A stretch of 41,690 nucleotides of DNA from Promethearchaeia archaeon (GTDB taxonomy: Archaea > Asgardarchaeota > Lokiarchaeia > Sigyniarchaeales > SOKP01). The stretch lies in the NCBI GenBank assembly GCA_029856105.1, contig JAHQWH010000059.1, positions 1 to 41,690 on the forward strand, written 5' to 3'. Shown piece by piece: positions 8,160 to 18,182 of this stretch (position 1 is its first letter; each line of letters starts with the position of its first letter). The notes under the pieces are model-generated. The model did not search any database. It was not told where the DNA came from and was given only the letters and a program-made list of their open reading frames with translations. A program made the position numbers and the translations under genes.

Positions 8160-9832
8160 AAGCGTCTCACCTTTACTTTAGGCATTTTAGTTCCAAATAA
8201 AGTAACCTTTCCCAATTTTGGGGCGTTAAAATCATCATAAATATTTTTTGCAGGGCTATTCCATTCAGCAATTTCTGTTATAGCAGAATTACATCCTAAT
8301 TCTTTTAAAATTGATAATCGAGCATTTACTAGTGCTCTACCAATTCCTTTATTTCTGAAAGCAGGATGAACATACAGCCCATATAACCATCCCGTTTCTT
8401 TTCCGGGAGTAGCAAATCCAACGCCTAATAGTACTCGGTCTAAATATATTTCTGGTTTTTTATAATTTCTTCTGAGGATCTCTTTTAAGATCTCTTCAAC
8501 CCATTCTTCTTTGGTAGAAGCTGTTGCGATTACTATAATATCACTCTTAGCCGCTTCAATAACCCATTTTGCATCCCTTTTTTTGGTAGTGCCACTATCT
8601 TCATTAGCAATCAATCGCATGATTGCATCTAAATCTTGAGCTGTTGCAGGCTCAATTAGATTAGCATCATAATGAACTTCCATTCCCTGCAAGTATTTAA
8701 TCTTAAACACATCATACTTCTCGATAGTTTTAAAACCAACGAGTCTAGAATGTTCAGCGTGGGCATATTTTACTTTAGTATATAATATTAAGTCCTCAGA
8801 ATATTTTCCAAAAAATGTCCCAACCTTTCCATTCGGTTCAATAAATCCGATTCCTTTAAGCTTTTCTTGATTATGAGCCGAAACAATTGTTTTTCCTTGA
8901 ATTTTTGCTCTGGAAAGATATGCAAGAATCATTTCTGAATAAGGAGAATCAACAGAAAATTCTAACCCTCCTGGCATTTTTCTTTCTACAACCACTTCTT
9001 GCTTCTTACCTCGTGCTCTTATAACTCTTGGTTTCCATCTATAATGTTCATAGACTACATAGAAAATTATAGCCATAAATAGTAATGGGGCCCAATAGGT
9101 AAGAAGATACATCCAAATGCAAAATGGGCGTAAGTAACTTGAAGATGTTATAAATACATATGAATCCAATACAAATTCTGAATAATAACCACTACTATAA
9201 CCTTTATCTTCTTCACGTAATACTTCTCCAATTAAATACCCTTCAGGAGTAAAATATTCATCAATTGTGTAAGTAGCTTCAAATTGTCCATATACATCAT
9301 TTCTTGAATATTGCCCCGCAGAAGTTAATCGTTTTCCTGTAAATGGCATGAGATGTCCTAACCAAATCAAACCATCACCAACAAACTCATAAGTCTCATT
9401 AAGCATGGAATAGGTATCATCTTGAATTCCTCCTGGTATGTGAAACCAGACGTTTAACCCCGTAGCATCATATTCTTGATCACCAAAAGAAAGATATTGT
9501 CCATCTATTAATGAATAAGTAAAACTATAATAATCCTTTCCCCCGTAATCCTCTTCGAGATATCCTTCAAGCCAACTCTGAAATGTCCAAGTAATTACAC
9601 ATAAGACACTAGCAACTGATCCACTATAATCAATTTCATAATGTCCATTTGCCCTAAAACTCTCCGTATAACCTAGATACCATCCTCCAGTTCCAGTAAT
9701 GTCCCAATTGTAAACATAATCAAATTCAAGGTCATGATCTGTAAATTTTATACCAAGATACGGAATTCCAAATAATTGAATAACAATTGAAATTATCAGC
9801 ATTAATAAAAATAACATCGATCTTTTTTTCAT
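8156..9832 (-). CDS. Membrane-anchored GNAT acetyltransferase with putative extracellular domain
   Basis: Hydrophobic N-terminus (aa 6-28), Tyr/Gly/Asp-rich beta-type region, TM helix at about aa 238-261 followed by basic RWKPR, and C-terminal GNAT motif A LYVHPAFRNKGIGRAL plus NSPAKNIY. Confidence 0.82.
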   Translation of the reverse strand: MKKRSMLFLLMLIISIVIQLFGIPYLGIKFTDHDLEFDYVYNWDITGTGGWYLGYTESFRANGHYEIDYSGSVASVLCVITWTFQSWLEGYLEEDYGGKDYYSFTYSLIDGQYLSFGDQEYDATGLNVWFHIPGGIQDDTYSMLNETYEFVGDGLIWLGHLMPFTGKRLTSAGQYSRNDVYGQFEATYTIDEYFTPEGYLIGEVLREEDKGYSSGYYSEFVLDSYVFITSSSYLRPFCIWMYLLTYWAPLLFMAIIFYVVYEHYRWKPRVIRARGKKQEVVVERKMPGGLEFSVDSPYSEMILAYLSRAKIQGKTIVSAHNQEKLKGIGFIEPNGKVGTFFGKYSEDLILYTKVKYAHAEHSRLVGFKTIEKYDVFKIKYLQGMEVHYDANLIEPATAQDLDAIMRLIANEDSGTTKKRDAKWVIEAAKSDIIVIATASTKEEWVEEILKEILRRNYKKPEIYLDRVLLGVGFATPGKETGWLYGLYVHPAFRNKGIGRALVNARLSILKELGCNSAITEIAEWNSPAKNIYDDFNAPKLGKVTLFGTKMPKVKVRRF

Positions 9833-10132
9833 TGAATATAATCAACTCTAAAGGATTTAATTGTGTGACTACTACTACTATTAGATTGAAAGTCAAACAT
9901 TAATAATATGATCGATCTAACAATACTCCTATATAAAGTTTATTCAGATTAACTCAATGTAATCAAAACTTTTAAATAGGCTGTTTAAAATTGATAGAGT
10001 ATTTTAGATTTATAGAAAAAAAGCGCTTGCTCAAAGCCCCCTAGCTTAGATTTATGATAACCTATTCTTTTTACAAAAAAAAAACTTTCTTAGGGACAAA
10101 TGACTTGATTTTAGTTTGGTTCTAATATATCT

Positions 10133-10930
10133 TTAAATCTTATCTATTGAATCTTCCTTCTTTTTCAGGAGGTACTTGGAGAAAATATTCATATAAAGAC
10201 ATTCTTCGGGAGGCATTTCTGTGGTTAATTGTGGATTCTCTGTGAATTCTATATTACTTCCACGTATGATTACTACAGGCGTCTGTTGATCCGCTTCACT
10301 TAAAAGAAATTGGGCTGCGCTTGTAAGGTCATCTGCGATAGCTCTCATCGTAATTTCTAATGGACGGTTAAATAAATCTGGATGCCCACGTAAATCTTCA
10401 ATAGGCTCAAAACCGGCTGTAGCTATTGCTATACCAATAGTTCCCTTTCTGAGAGGCTGAACTCTCGAATCGGCAATGATCACTCCAAGGTTTTTTATTT
10501 TGAATTCTTTTTTTAAATCTCTCCAATATTCCCAAACAACTTGATTAAGATTTTCTGGTAATAGGATAACCTTATTTGGACCAGCGTTGGATTGATCGAT
10601 CCCGGCATTTGCGATTAAAAAATCGTTAACTTTTGCTAAAATAACGTGTGTTAAACCTCCTAATATCATAGATGATTCTTCTAAAATTAGCTCTACATAT
10701 CTTTCGTCCATATCGTACTTGTTAGCCAAATCTTTAGCTTTATCTGAGATGTTTTTCACATCAGATAAAATTCTAACTCTCCCCTGGGAAGTAGCAATTA
10801 CTTTTTCTGCGATAACAATGACATCTCCTTCTTTTAACGATTCTCCTTCTCTTTTAATCTGCTCTATTAAAATTCTTAATAATGGATCATTCTCTTTTAT
10901 TAGAGGGAGACTTACTGAAAATAATTTCAT
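10133..10930 (-). CDS. cofE: Coenzyme F420-0:L-glutamate ligase
   Basis: PLIKENDPL, GDVIVIAEKVIATSQGR, ANAGIDQSN, VIIADS..PLRKG.IGIAI...GF, DLRGHPDLFNRPL, ADDL, PVVIIRG. Confidence 0.92.
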   Translation of the reverse strand: MKLFSVSLPLIKENDPLLRILIEQIKREGESLKEGDVIVIAEKVIATSQGRVRILSDVKNISDKAKDLANKYDMDERYVELILEESSMILGGLTHVILAKVNDFLIANAGIDQSNAGPNKVILLPENLNQVVWEYWRDLKKEFKIKNLGVIIADSRVQPLRKGTIGIAIATAGFEPIEDLRGHPDLFNRPLEITMRAIADDLTSAAQFLLSEADQQTPVVIIRGSNIEFTENPQLTTEMPPEECLYMNIFSKYLLKKKEDSIDKI

Positions 10931-11107
10931 GGTGATTAAAAGAATTAAACTTATTTGAAATATTTTTTTACTTCTCTAGCCAATTTTAAATTTCATAAAT
11001 CCTTACTTCCACTTCCAAATAGATTTATAATAATTTTCTCTATTTAAATTTTGAAATAATTTTTCTGTTGTATACATTTAAATATTTTGACACACATCAA
11101 TATATAG

Positions 11108-11596
11108 ATGATAAAAATAGATTCTTCAACACTTATAATTTCTTTGAAAATGAATTTTATAGAGATTCTAATTCAATTATATGATGAGCTTATTATTACT
11201 GAAGCAGTACATAATGAAGTAATAATTAACGGAAAGAAAAAAGGAAAGCAGGAAGCAATAATCGGGGAAAACTTATTAAAGGAAAATAAAATAAAAATTC
11301 ATAAAATAGAAGGGGACCTAATAGATTTAAAATTAGGAATAGGAGAGACTGAAGTAATACATAATTCAATCAATCTTAAATGTCCTTGTATGATGGAAGA
11401 TAAAAAGGCAAAAAGAATTGCTGAGAATTTTAATTTGGATGTAAAAAGAATTCCGATCTCCCTTTTAGAAGCATATAAAAATAAAATTATTGATAATTTT
11501 AAATTTGAGGATTACTTAATAAAATGGGTAAGATATAGTAGCCCTTCATATGAGGAGGTCTATTTTATAAAAAAAATAAAGGAGATGTTAGATTAA
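11108..11596 (+). CDS. PIN-domain protein (DUF3368-like), putative toxin
   Basis: IDSSTLI, ITEAVHNEV, LGIGETEVI and MEDKKAKRIA give the PIN acidic residues. Confidence 0.78.
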   Translation: MIKIDSSTLIISLKMNFIEILIQLYDELIITEAVHNEVIINGKKKGKQEAIIGENLLKENKIKIHKIEGDLIDLKLGIGETEVIHNSINLKCPCMMEDKKAKRIAENFNLDVKRIPISLLEAYKNKIIDNFKFEDYLIKWVRYSSPSYEEVYFIKKIKEMLD

Positions 11597-11599
11597 AGT

Positions 11600-11938
11600 A
11601 TGAATAATTTATCTGTACGAATGAATAAAGAATTAATTGATGAACTCGATCGAATAGCTAAATTACTTGGTGTAGATAGAGCTACTATTGTAAGAAAAAT
11701 AATTAATAATGGGGTTGAACAACAAAAAATAGAAGTTGCCATTGATTTATTTCAAAAGGGAGATACATTAGAGCGAGCAGCAAATATTTCTGGGGCTTTA
11801 CTTTGGGATCTTTTTGATGAATTGAAAAATAGAGGTATAACATCTAAATTTGATATTGAGCAAGAGAAAGATACTTATATAAGGATATTTGGGAAAGAAA
11901 ATAAGGATCTAGTTAAAAAAATAAGAGATATTAAATAA
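11600..11938 (+). CDS. Ribbon-helix-helix plus UPF0175-like protein, putative antitoxin
   Basis: LSVRMNKELIDELDRIAK..DRATIVRKII (CopG-type RHH) followed by AIDLFQKGDTLERAANISG..LWDL..L..RGI. Confidence 0.78.
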   Translation: MNNLSVRMNKELIDELDRIAKLLGVDRATIVRKIINNGVEQQKIEVAIDLFQKGDTLERAANISGALLWDLFDELKNRGITSKFDIEQEKDTYIRIFGKENKDLVKKIRDIK

Positions 11939-11952
11939 AATAGATACACTTT

Positions 11953-12840
11953 ATGGTTTTACAAGATTATATAGCTATGAATGAAATTTATGCGAGACTG
12001 TTTGATTTTTTAGAAATAGGAGATAATTTTCCAACGGTAATAATGGGCGTATTGAATTTAAGCCCAGAATCGTTCTATAAAGGTTCTGTATACAACGATC
12101 TAACGCTATTAGAAAAAGCAACTTTAGAAATGGTCGATGGAGGGGCGAAAATATTGGATTTAGGTGCCCGTTCTACAGCACCATGGTCAAAAAAAATTAC
12201 TATTAAAGAAGAACTCGACCGTTTAACGCCTTCAATGGAACTCGTATGTAAAATCATCCCAAATGAGATTGTTATTTCGATCGACACGCAATATCGGGAA
12301 GTTGCTCAACAAACATATGACATTGCTATAAAAAACAAAAAAAGAATTATTATTAACGATGTGAGTTGCTTAAAAACCGATCCCACGATAATAGATTTTA
12401 TAGTAGAGCACGACTTACCTATTATTTTAATGGCTTCTAAAAATGTTCCTGGCGATTTATGTACAGTTGATGAAATTATAGAAGAATTTAAATCTACTAT
12501 TAAAATCTTAAAAAAAAAAGGATATGATCTTAAGAAAGTTATTTTAGATCCGGGTATTGGTCATTGGATCGAAAGAAAAACTCATAAATATGATTTAAAA
12601 ATAATTGGTAATTTAAATAAGCTCCGCGTTCTAGAAAAACCGATTTTAGTGGCAATATCTCGAAAATCTTTTATAGGAACAACTTTAGATATACCTGACC
12701 CTGAAAATAGACTAAACGGAACTCTTGCCGCAACTGCAGTTGCAGTATATAATGGGGCTCATATTGTCCGAACGCATGATATAAATAATCAACTAATGGA
12801 ATTCACAAAAATGGCAGAGGAGATCAGAAAAAACCAATAA
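11953..12840 (+). CDS. folP: Dihydropteroate synthase family protein
   Basis: IMGVLNLSPESFY, LDLGARST, ISIDT, INDVS, ILDPGIG, ISRKSFIG, GAHIVRTHD. Confidence 0.9.
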   Translation: MVLQDYIAMNEIYARLFDFLEIGDNFPTVIMGVLNLSPESFYKGSVYNDLTLLEKATLEMVDGGAKILDLGARSTAPWSKKITIKEELDRLTPSMELVCKIIPNEIVISIDTQYREVAQQTYDIAIKNKKRIIINDVSCLKTDPTIIDFIVEHDLPIILMASKNVPGDLCTVDEIIEEFKSTIKILKKKGYDLKKVILDPGIGHWIERKTHKYDLKIIGNLNKLRVLEKPILVAISRKSFIGTTLDIPDPENRLNGTLAATAVAVYNGAHIVRTHDINNQLMEFTKMAEEIRKNQ

Positions 12841-13127
12841 ACCTCCCTCCTTTTAGATATAAGTTAAAGTTATAAAAGCAACCCCATTTTTTTAAACCTC
12901 GCAATAATTAGGCTTATTTTTTGTAAAACAGCGTTCTTTAAATATATTTCATGCTTTTAGCCAATAGATTTTATTATTCTTCGGTTTCAAGCGACGATAA
13001 AATGTACTAACATTTATAACATTTTAATTCCATATATTATATGTAAATTGTTAAATTATCACTTAAGTTCAATTAAGAACAGATGATTTTACCTTTACAT
13101 TAAATTAAATATAAGAATGAAATTCTT

Positions 13128-15200
13128 ATGCCTGAAAAAGAAAATATTTCTTTATCTAATAACCCTTCTAAAAAACACTCTTACAACGCGGATGATATTC
13201 AAGTTCTTAAAGGTTTAGAAGGAGTTAGAAAGCGCCCTGCGATGTACATTGGCGATCAAGGAAAGAAAGGGCTTCATCATCTTGTTTTTGAGGTTTTGGA
13301 TAATTCTGTTGACGAGGCAATCGGGAAATATGCAACAGAAATTAAAGTAACTCTTTTCAAAGATAATTCTGTGTTAGTTTTCGATAACGGACGCGGTATT
13401 CCTATTGGTAATCATCCCGAATATAATAAACCTGCTTTAGAAGTCATTATGGAACATTTACATTCCGGAGGAAAATTTGATAATAAAAGCTACAAAATAT
13501 CCGGAGGGTTACACGGTGTTGGACTTTCAGTTGTTAATGCCTTGGCAGAATGGTTAGAAGTAGAAATTTCTAGAGATGGTCTTATCTATAAACAAAAATT
13601 TTCGCGGGGTGTTAAAGTTACTGAACCAACGATTACAAAAACCGCAGAAATAGGTTCTTACACAAAAATCTCTTTTTATCCGGATGACGAGATATTTGAT
13701 TTCGATAAAAATGAAGTAATTTATAATGCTTCCACAATTTCTAATAGGATGCGCGAACTCGCGTTTCTTACGCCTCAAGCGCGATTTGAGCTCCATAATA
13801 AAATTAAAGACGAGAAAGAAGAATTTTTTTACGAAGGAGGAATTAAAGAATTTATTTCTTATTTGAATAAAGACAAGCAACCTCTACATAATGACATTAT
13901 TTTTATAAGCGATTCAGTTGAAAACGAAGATGGAGCGCTAATTTACCTCGATTTAGCTATGCAATACAACACTACATACCAAACAAATATTCTTACATAT
14001 GCTAATACAATTAATACTGTGGAAGGTGGCGTCCATCTTACAGGTTTTAAATCCGCACTCACTAGGACTTTTAATTCATATATTGAAAATTTTATGGAAA
14101 AAAAGTATAAAGAACACGTCCTAAGTGGGACGGATACCAGAGAGGGTTTATCTGCTGTACTTTCAGTTAAATTACCAGACCCTCAATTTGAGAGTCAGAC
14201 AAAAATCAAATTAGGAAATCCCGAAGTTAGACAAATTGTTAGCCAAATAGTTACAGAAAAATTAACTCAGTACTTAGAAGAACAGCCTCAAATAGCCAAA
14301 AAACTCGTGTTGAAAACGATTAACGCGAAAATAGCACGGGAAGCCGCCCAAAAAGCAAGGTCGTTAATCCGTAGAAAATCTGTATTGGATGGCGCAAGAA
14401 TGCCCGGAAAACTAGCTGATTGTTCTTCTAATAATCCAAAAGAATGCGAAATATTTATTGTTGAGGGAGACTCAGCTGGTGGCTCAGCAAAACAGGGAAG
14501 AGATAGGGGTTATCAAGCAATACTACCTCTTAGAGGAAAAATATTGAATGTAGAAAAAGCTCGAATGGACAAAATATTACAAAATAACGAAATTCTGGCG
14601 ATTATAAAAGCACTAGGTGTTGGAATTCAGGAATTTAACGAAATAAATGGATCTGAAAGTGAGAATGGAGCACCTGAAGAGACGGGGGAGAACGGGGGGC
14701 CCGAGGAAACTGAACACGGTATCGACCTAAATAAGTTAAGGTACCATAAAACGATCATAATGTGCGATTCTGATATCGACGGAAAACATATTGAAACATT
14801 ACTGCTCACGTTTTTTTTCAGATACATGCGACCATTAATAGACGGTGGATACCTATATATGGCTATGCCTCCTCTCTACAAAGTATCTTATAAAAAATCA
14901 AAGCATTATGTTTTTACGGATAAAGATAAAGAAGAAGCACTAAAAAATATTAAATTAAAATACAAGCTGAAAAATGTAGATACGGTAAAAATTCAGAGGT
15001 ATAAGGGATTAGGGGAGATGAACCCCGAAGAACTTTACGATACGACAATGAATAAGGAGACTCGAACGTTAAAGAAGGTATTGTACGAAGATTACATTGA
15101 GAATGATTTGATCTTTACGAAACTAATGGGCAAAGAAGTAAAATCACGTAAGAAATTTATTATAGCCAATTTTGATCAAGCAAATGTTTTAGATGTATGA
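13128..15200 (+). CDS. gyrB: DNA gyrase subunit B
   Basis: GLEGVRKRPAMYIG, EVLDNSVDE, DNGRGIP, GGLHGVGLSVVNAL, VEGDSAGGSAKQGR, PLRGKILN, DSDIDG, QRYKGLGEMNPEEL. Confidence 0.97.
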   Translation: MPEKENISLSNNPSKKHSYNADDIQVLKGLEGVRKRPAMYIGDQGKKGLHHLVFEVLDNSVDEAIGKYATEIKVTLFKDNSVLVFDNGRGIPIGNHPEYNKPALEVIMEHLHSGGKFDNKSYKISGGLHGVGLSVVNALAEWLEVEISRDGLIYKQKFSRGVKVTEPTITKTAEIGSYTKISFYPDDEIFDFDKNEVIYNASTISNRMRELAFLTPQARFELHNKIKDEKEEFFYEGGIKEFISYLNKDKQPLHNDIIFISDSVENEDGALIYLDLAMQYNTTYQTNILTYANTINTVEGGVHLTGFKSALTRTFNSYIENFMEKKYKEHVLSGTDTREGLSAVLSVKLPDPQFESQTKIKLGNPEVRQIVSQIVTEKLTQYLEEQPQIAKKLVLKTINAKIAREAAQKARSLIRRKSVLDGARMPGKLADCSSNNPKECEIFIVEGDSAGGSAKQGRDRGYQAILPLRGKILNVEKARMDKILQNNEILAIIKALGVGIQEFNEINGSESENGAPEETGENGGPEETEHGIDLNKLRYHKTIIMCDSDIDGKHIETLLLTFFFRYMRPLIDGGYLYMAMPPLYKVSYKKSKHYVFTDKDKEEALKNIKLKYKLKNVDTVKIQRYKGLGEMNPEELYDTTMNKETRTLKKVLYEDYIENDLIFTKLMGKEVKSRKKFIIANFDQANVLDV
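14661..14714 (+). repeat. Imperfect 2x27-bp in-frame tandem repeat in gyrB (ENGAPEETG / ENGGPEETE)
   Basis: gagaatggagcacctgaagagacgggg followed by gagaacggggggcccgaggaaactgaa. Confidence 0.7.
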
Positions 15201-15265
15201 TATTTGATGTGTAGTTTATCTTTTTATTAAATATTATTAAATAATAAATAGATTTGGTATTAAAA

Positions 15266-17722
15266 ATGACTTCAGAGAATATTATAGAGATCGAATTAAA
15301 AGAGGAAATGAAAAGTAGTTACATAGATTACGCCATGTCCGTTGTCGTTGGGCGCGCGATTCCCGACGTGAGAGATGGATTAAAACCAGTACATCGTAGA
15401 ATAATTTACGCTATGGCCGATAACAATTATTTTTACAATCACGCACACGTGAAATCCGCGAGGATTGTGGGCGAGGCTATGGGAAAGTATCATCCTCATG
15501 GAGATGCTGCGTTGTATAATACATTAGTTCGTATGGCACAAGACTTTTCGTTAAGATATCCATTAATCGATCCACAGGGAAATTTCGGCTCGATCGATGG
15601 AGATCCTCCGGCTGCTATGAGATATACAGAAGCACGATTAGGACAAATATCTAATGAACTAATCGAAGATATAGACAATGAAACAGTGGATTTTGTCCCG
15701 AATTTTGATGATAGTTTAAAAGAACCTGCTTTTTTACCCGCTAAGCTACCAAATATGCTAATCAACGGAACAAAAGGAATAGCAGTTGGGATGGCTACAT
15801 CTATGCCTCCTCATAACCTGACAGAAATTTGTCAGGGGATTATTGCAACAGTTGACGATCCTGTGATATCTACTGAGGAACTTATGGAAATTATAAAAGG
15901 ACCAGACTTTCCAACAGGAGGAAGCATTATTGATACGAATGGTATTTACAATGCTTATACAACTGGAATGGGCAATATAACTCTAAGGGGAACTGTTGAT
16001 GTCGAAACAAAAGGAAATAAAAATCGATTAATTATTTCTGAAATTCCTTATTTAGTGAATAAAACTACCCTAATCGAATCGATTGCCAAACTTATAAAAG
16101 ATGGAGTACTTAAAGATGTTCGAGATTTAAGAGACGAATCTGACAGAAAAGGAATGCGAATTGTTATAGAACTAACTAAAAATGCTCAACCGGTTATACT
16201 GAAAAATATTATATTTAAAAGAACTAGGCTTCAAACGACATTTAACATTAGTAATTTAGTATTAATTAACGAAGGAAGACAACCTAAGATTCTTAATTTG
16301 AAAGAGTTAATCGAAGAATACATCGAACACCGCCTTAAAATTATTTATAGAAGGACTGAATTTCATCTCAAAAAAGCTAAAGATAGGCTTCATAAAGTTG
16401 AGGGTCTCTTAATCGCATTAAATAATATAGATGATGTTGTAAACATTATTAAAAGCGCTAGCGATACCAACGACGCAAAGAATAAATTGAAAATCGCATA
16501 TAAATTAAGTGATATTCAAGTTCAAGCGATATTGAGTATGCCTTTATCGAGATTAACAAATTTAGAACAACAAAAACTAGTTGACGAAGAAAAATCTTTG
16601 AAAAAAAGTATCACTGAATTAGAAAAGATATTAGAAAATAAAAAAATCCGCTTAAGTATAATTAAGCAAGAATTAACCGAACTAAACCTAAAGTACGGCG
16701 ATAAAAGAAAAACAAGAATTGAAATTATTGAAGAGGAAAAAATTAGAGAACTTAAAAGGAAAGATTTAATCAAAAAAGAGCCAACAATTGTAATCTTCAC
16801 TAAAAACCAATACATTAAAAGAATCTCTGTAGAAGATTACCACGCTCAAAGGCGAGGCGGACGCGGAAAAAGAGGTATGACTGTTCGTGAAGAAGATTTC
16901 ATAACCGATTTATTTGTTTGTTCCACTCACGACACGATCTTAATTTTTACTTCCAAAGGTAGAGTATATTCCATGAAATGTTTTGAACTTCCGTTACAAA
17001 CGCGCACGGCTAGAGGGAAACCCATTATAAATTTGATCGCCCTACAACCGGGGGAAAACATATCATCAATGATTCCAATTAATAACTTTGACACTAATGA
17101 AATGCTCATTATGACCACGAAAAAAGGCATTATAAAGAAAGTCCCTTTAAGGTTATTCTCGAAATTTAAAAAAACAGGTGTGCGAGCTCAACGGATAAGA
17201 CCAGATGACGAATTAATTAGCGTAAAAAGATTATCAAACGAACTACAAGATATTTTTATTGCAACAAAACTCGGTTATGCCGTAAGATTTGACGAATCAG
17301 AGCTAAGAGAATTAGGAAGGACCTCAATGGGCGTGAAAGGGGCATCGCTAAGGGAGGGGGACGATGTAATCGATAGTTTGTTAGTAACTGATGATAATAT
17401 TATTCTTACCCTAACTGAAAAAGGCTACGGACAAAGAACTTTTCTTAAAGAATATCGAAAAACAGGGAGAAATGCTAAAGGAGTAAAAAATATTTCATTA
17501 GATCATGAAAAAAATGATAAAGTTATTGCTATAAAAATGGGAAAATTAATGGATATCTTGATAGGTACAGAACAAGGACAAGTAATCAGACTTCCAGTGG
17601 ATTCAATTAGAATAACTCATAGAAAAGCAAAAGGAGTTAGAGCCATAAAACTATATGAAGACGACTCTGTTGTTGCAATAGGTAAATGCGCAACATTCAT
17701 TGACGATAAGGAAGAAAAATGA
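15266..17722 (+). CDS. gyrA: DNA gyrase subunit A (ATG 15266 preferred over TTG 15254)
   Basis: SYIDYAMSV, DVRDGLKPVHRR, YHPHGD, catalytic AAMRYTE, GyrA-box QRRGGRG and beta-pinwheel repeats. Confidence 0.97.
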   Translation: MTSENIIEIELKEEMKSSYIDYAMSVVVGRAIPDVRDGLKPVHRRIIYAMADNNYFYNHAHVKSARIVGEAMGKYHPHGDAALYNTLVRMAQDFSLRYPLIDPQGNFGSIDGDPPAAMRYTEARLGQISNELIEDIDNETVDFVPNFDDSLKEPAFLPAKLPNMLINGTKGIAVGMATSMPPHNLTEICQGIIATVDDPVISTEELMEIIKGPDFPTGGSIIDTNGIYNAYTTGMGNITLRGTVDVETKGNKNRLIISEIPYLVNKTTLIESIAKLIKDGVLKDVRDLRDESDRKGMRIVIELTKNAQPVILKNIIFKRTRLQTTFNISNLVLINEGRQPKILNLKELIEEYIEHRLKIIYRRTEFHLKKAKDRLHKVEGLLIALNNIDDVVNIIKSASDTNDAKNKLKIAYKLSDIQVQAILSMPLSRLTNLEQQKLVDEEKSLKKSITELEKILENKKIRLSIIKQELTELNLKYGDKRKTRIEIIEEEKIRELKRKDLIKKEPTIVIFTKNQYIKRISVEDYHAQRRGGRGKRGMTVREEDFITDLFVCSTHDTILIFTSKGRVYSMKCFELPLQTRTARGKPIINLIALQPGENISSMIPINNFDTNEMLIMTTKKGIIKKVPLRLFSKFKKTGVRAQRIRPDDELISVKRLSNELQDIFIATKLGYAVRFDESELRELGRTSMGVKGASLREGDDVIDSLLVTDDNIILTLTEKGYGQRTFLKEYRKTGRNAKGVKNISLDHEKNDKVIAIKMGKLMDILIGTEQGQVIRLPVDSIRITHRKAKGVRAIKLYEDDSVVAIGKCATFIDDKEEK

Positions 17723-17745
17723 AAAGATTAACTATCTTTTTTTGT

Positions 17746-18105
17746 CTATTTTTTTAGATATGGAATAAGGCATATGAAGACTAAATCTTCTTCACTAAGA
17801 TTATCTATTCCATGTTTCTCAAATGGAGGGATATACAACACATCTCCGCTCCCAACTACTTCATCCTTACCAGAATCGTCGTAAAACCTTCCTTTTCCGC
17901 TTAGAATGTAGATTTCGTGGTCTTGGGGGTGATTGTGAAGGTGTACTTTGGTATCTGGTCTAATCTCAAATCGCCTCATAGCGAAGTTTTGAGCTCCATC
18001 ATCTTCTTTGTTAATTACCCGTCTTACGTAGACGTTTTTAACTGGAGTGCCATCGGTTAAAGTCGCTTCTTTGTTTTCTACTTCCCTATAATTTTTTTTT
18101 ATCAT
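17746..18105 (-). CDS. Cupin-domain protein
   Basis: FAMRRFEI, HLHNHPQDHEIYILSGKG, GDVLYIPPFEKHGIDN. Confidence 0.9.
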   Translation of the reverse strand: MIKKNYREVENKEATLTDGTPVKNVYVRRVINKEDDGAQNFAMRRFEIRPDTKVHLHNHPQDHEIYILSGKGRFYDDSGKDEVVGSGDVLYIPPFEKHGIDNLSEEDLVFICLIPYLKK

Positions 18106-18182
18106 AGATAGAAATAAATTTTTAATCTTAATAAAATAATATCATGTATTAATTTAATATCAAATTTAAGGAATGCAATTTC

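Noticed and set aside
5790-17130. Short ORFs antisense to long genes (5790, 7357, 7927, 10719, 12075, 13554, 14627, 15496, 16522, 16927)
   Set aside because: Wholly or largely nested opposite well-supported CDSs, with typical shadow composition.
13128-17722. Bacterial-type gyrase in an archaeon as a novelty or contamination
   Set aside because: Gyrase is known in several archaeal lineages including Asgard archaea, and the flanking genes are archaeal.
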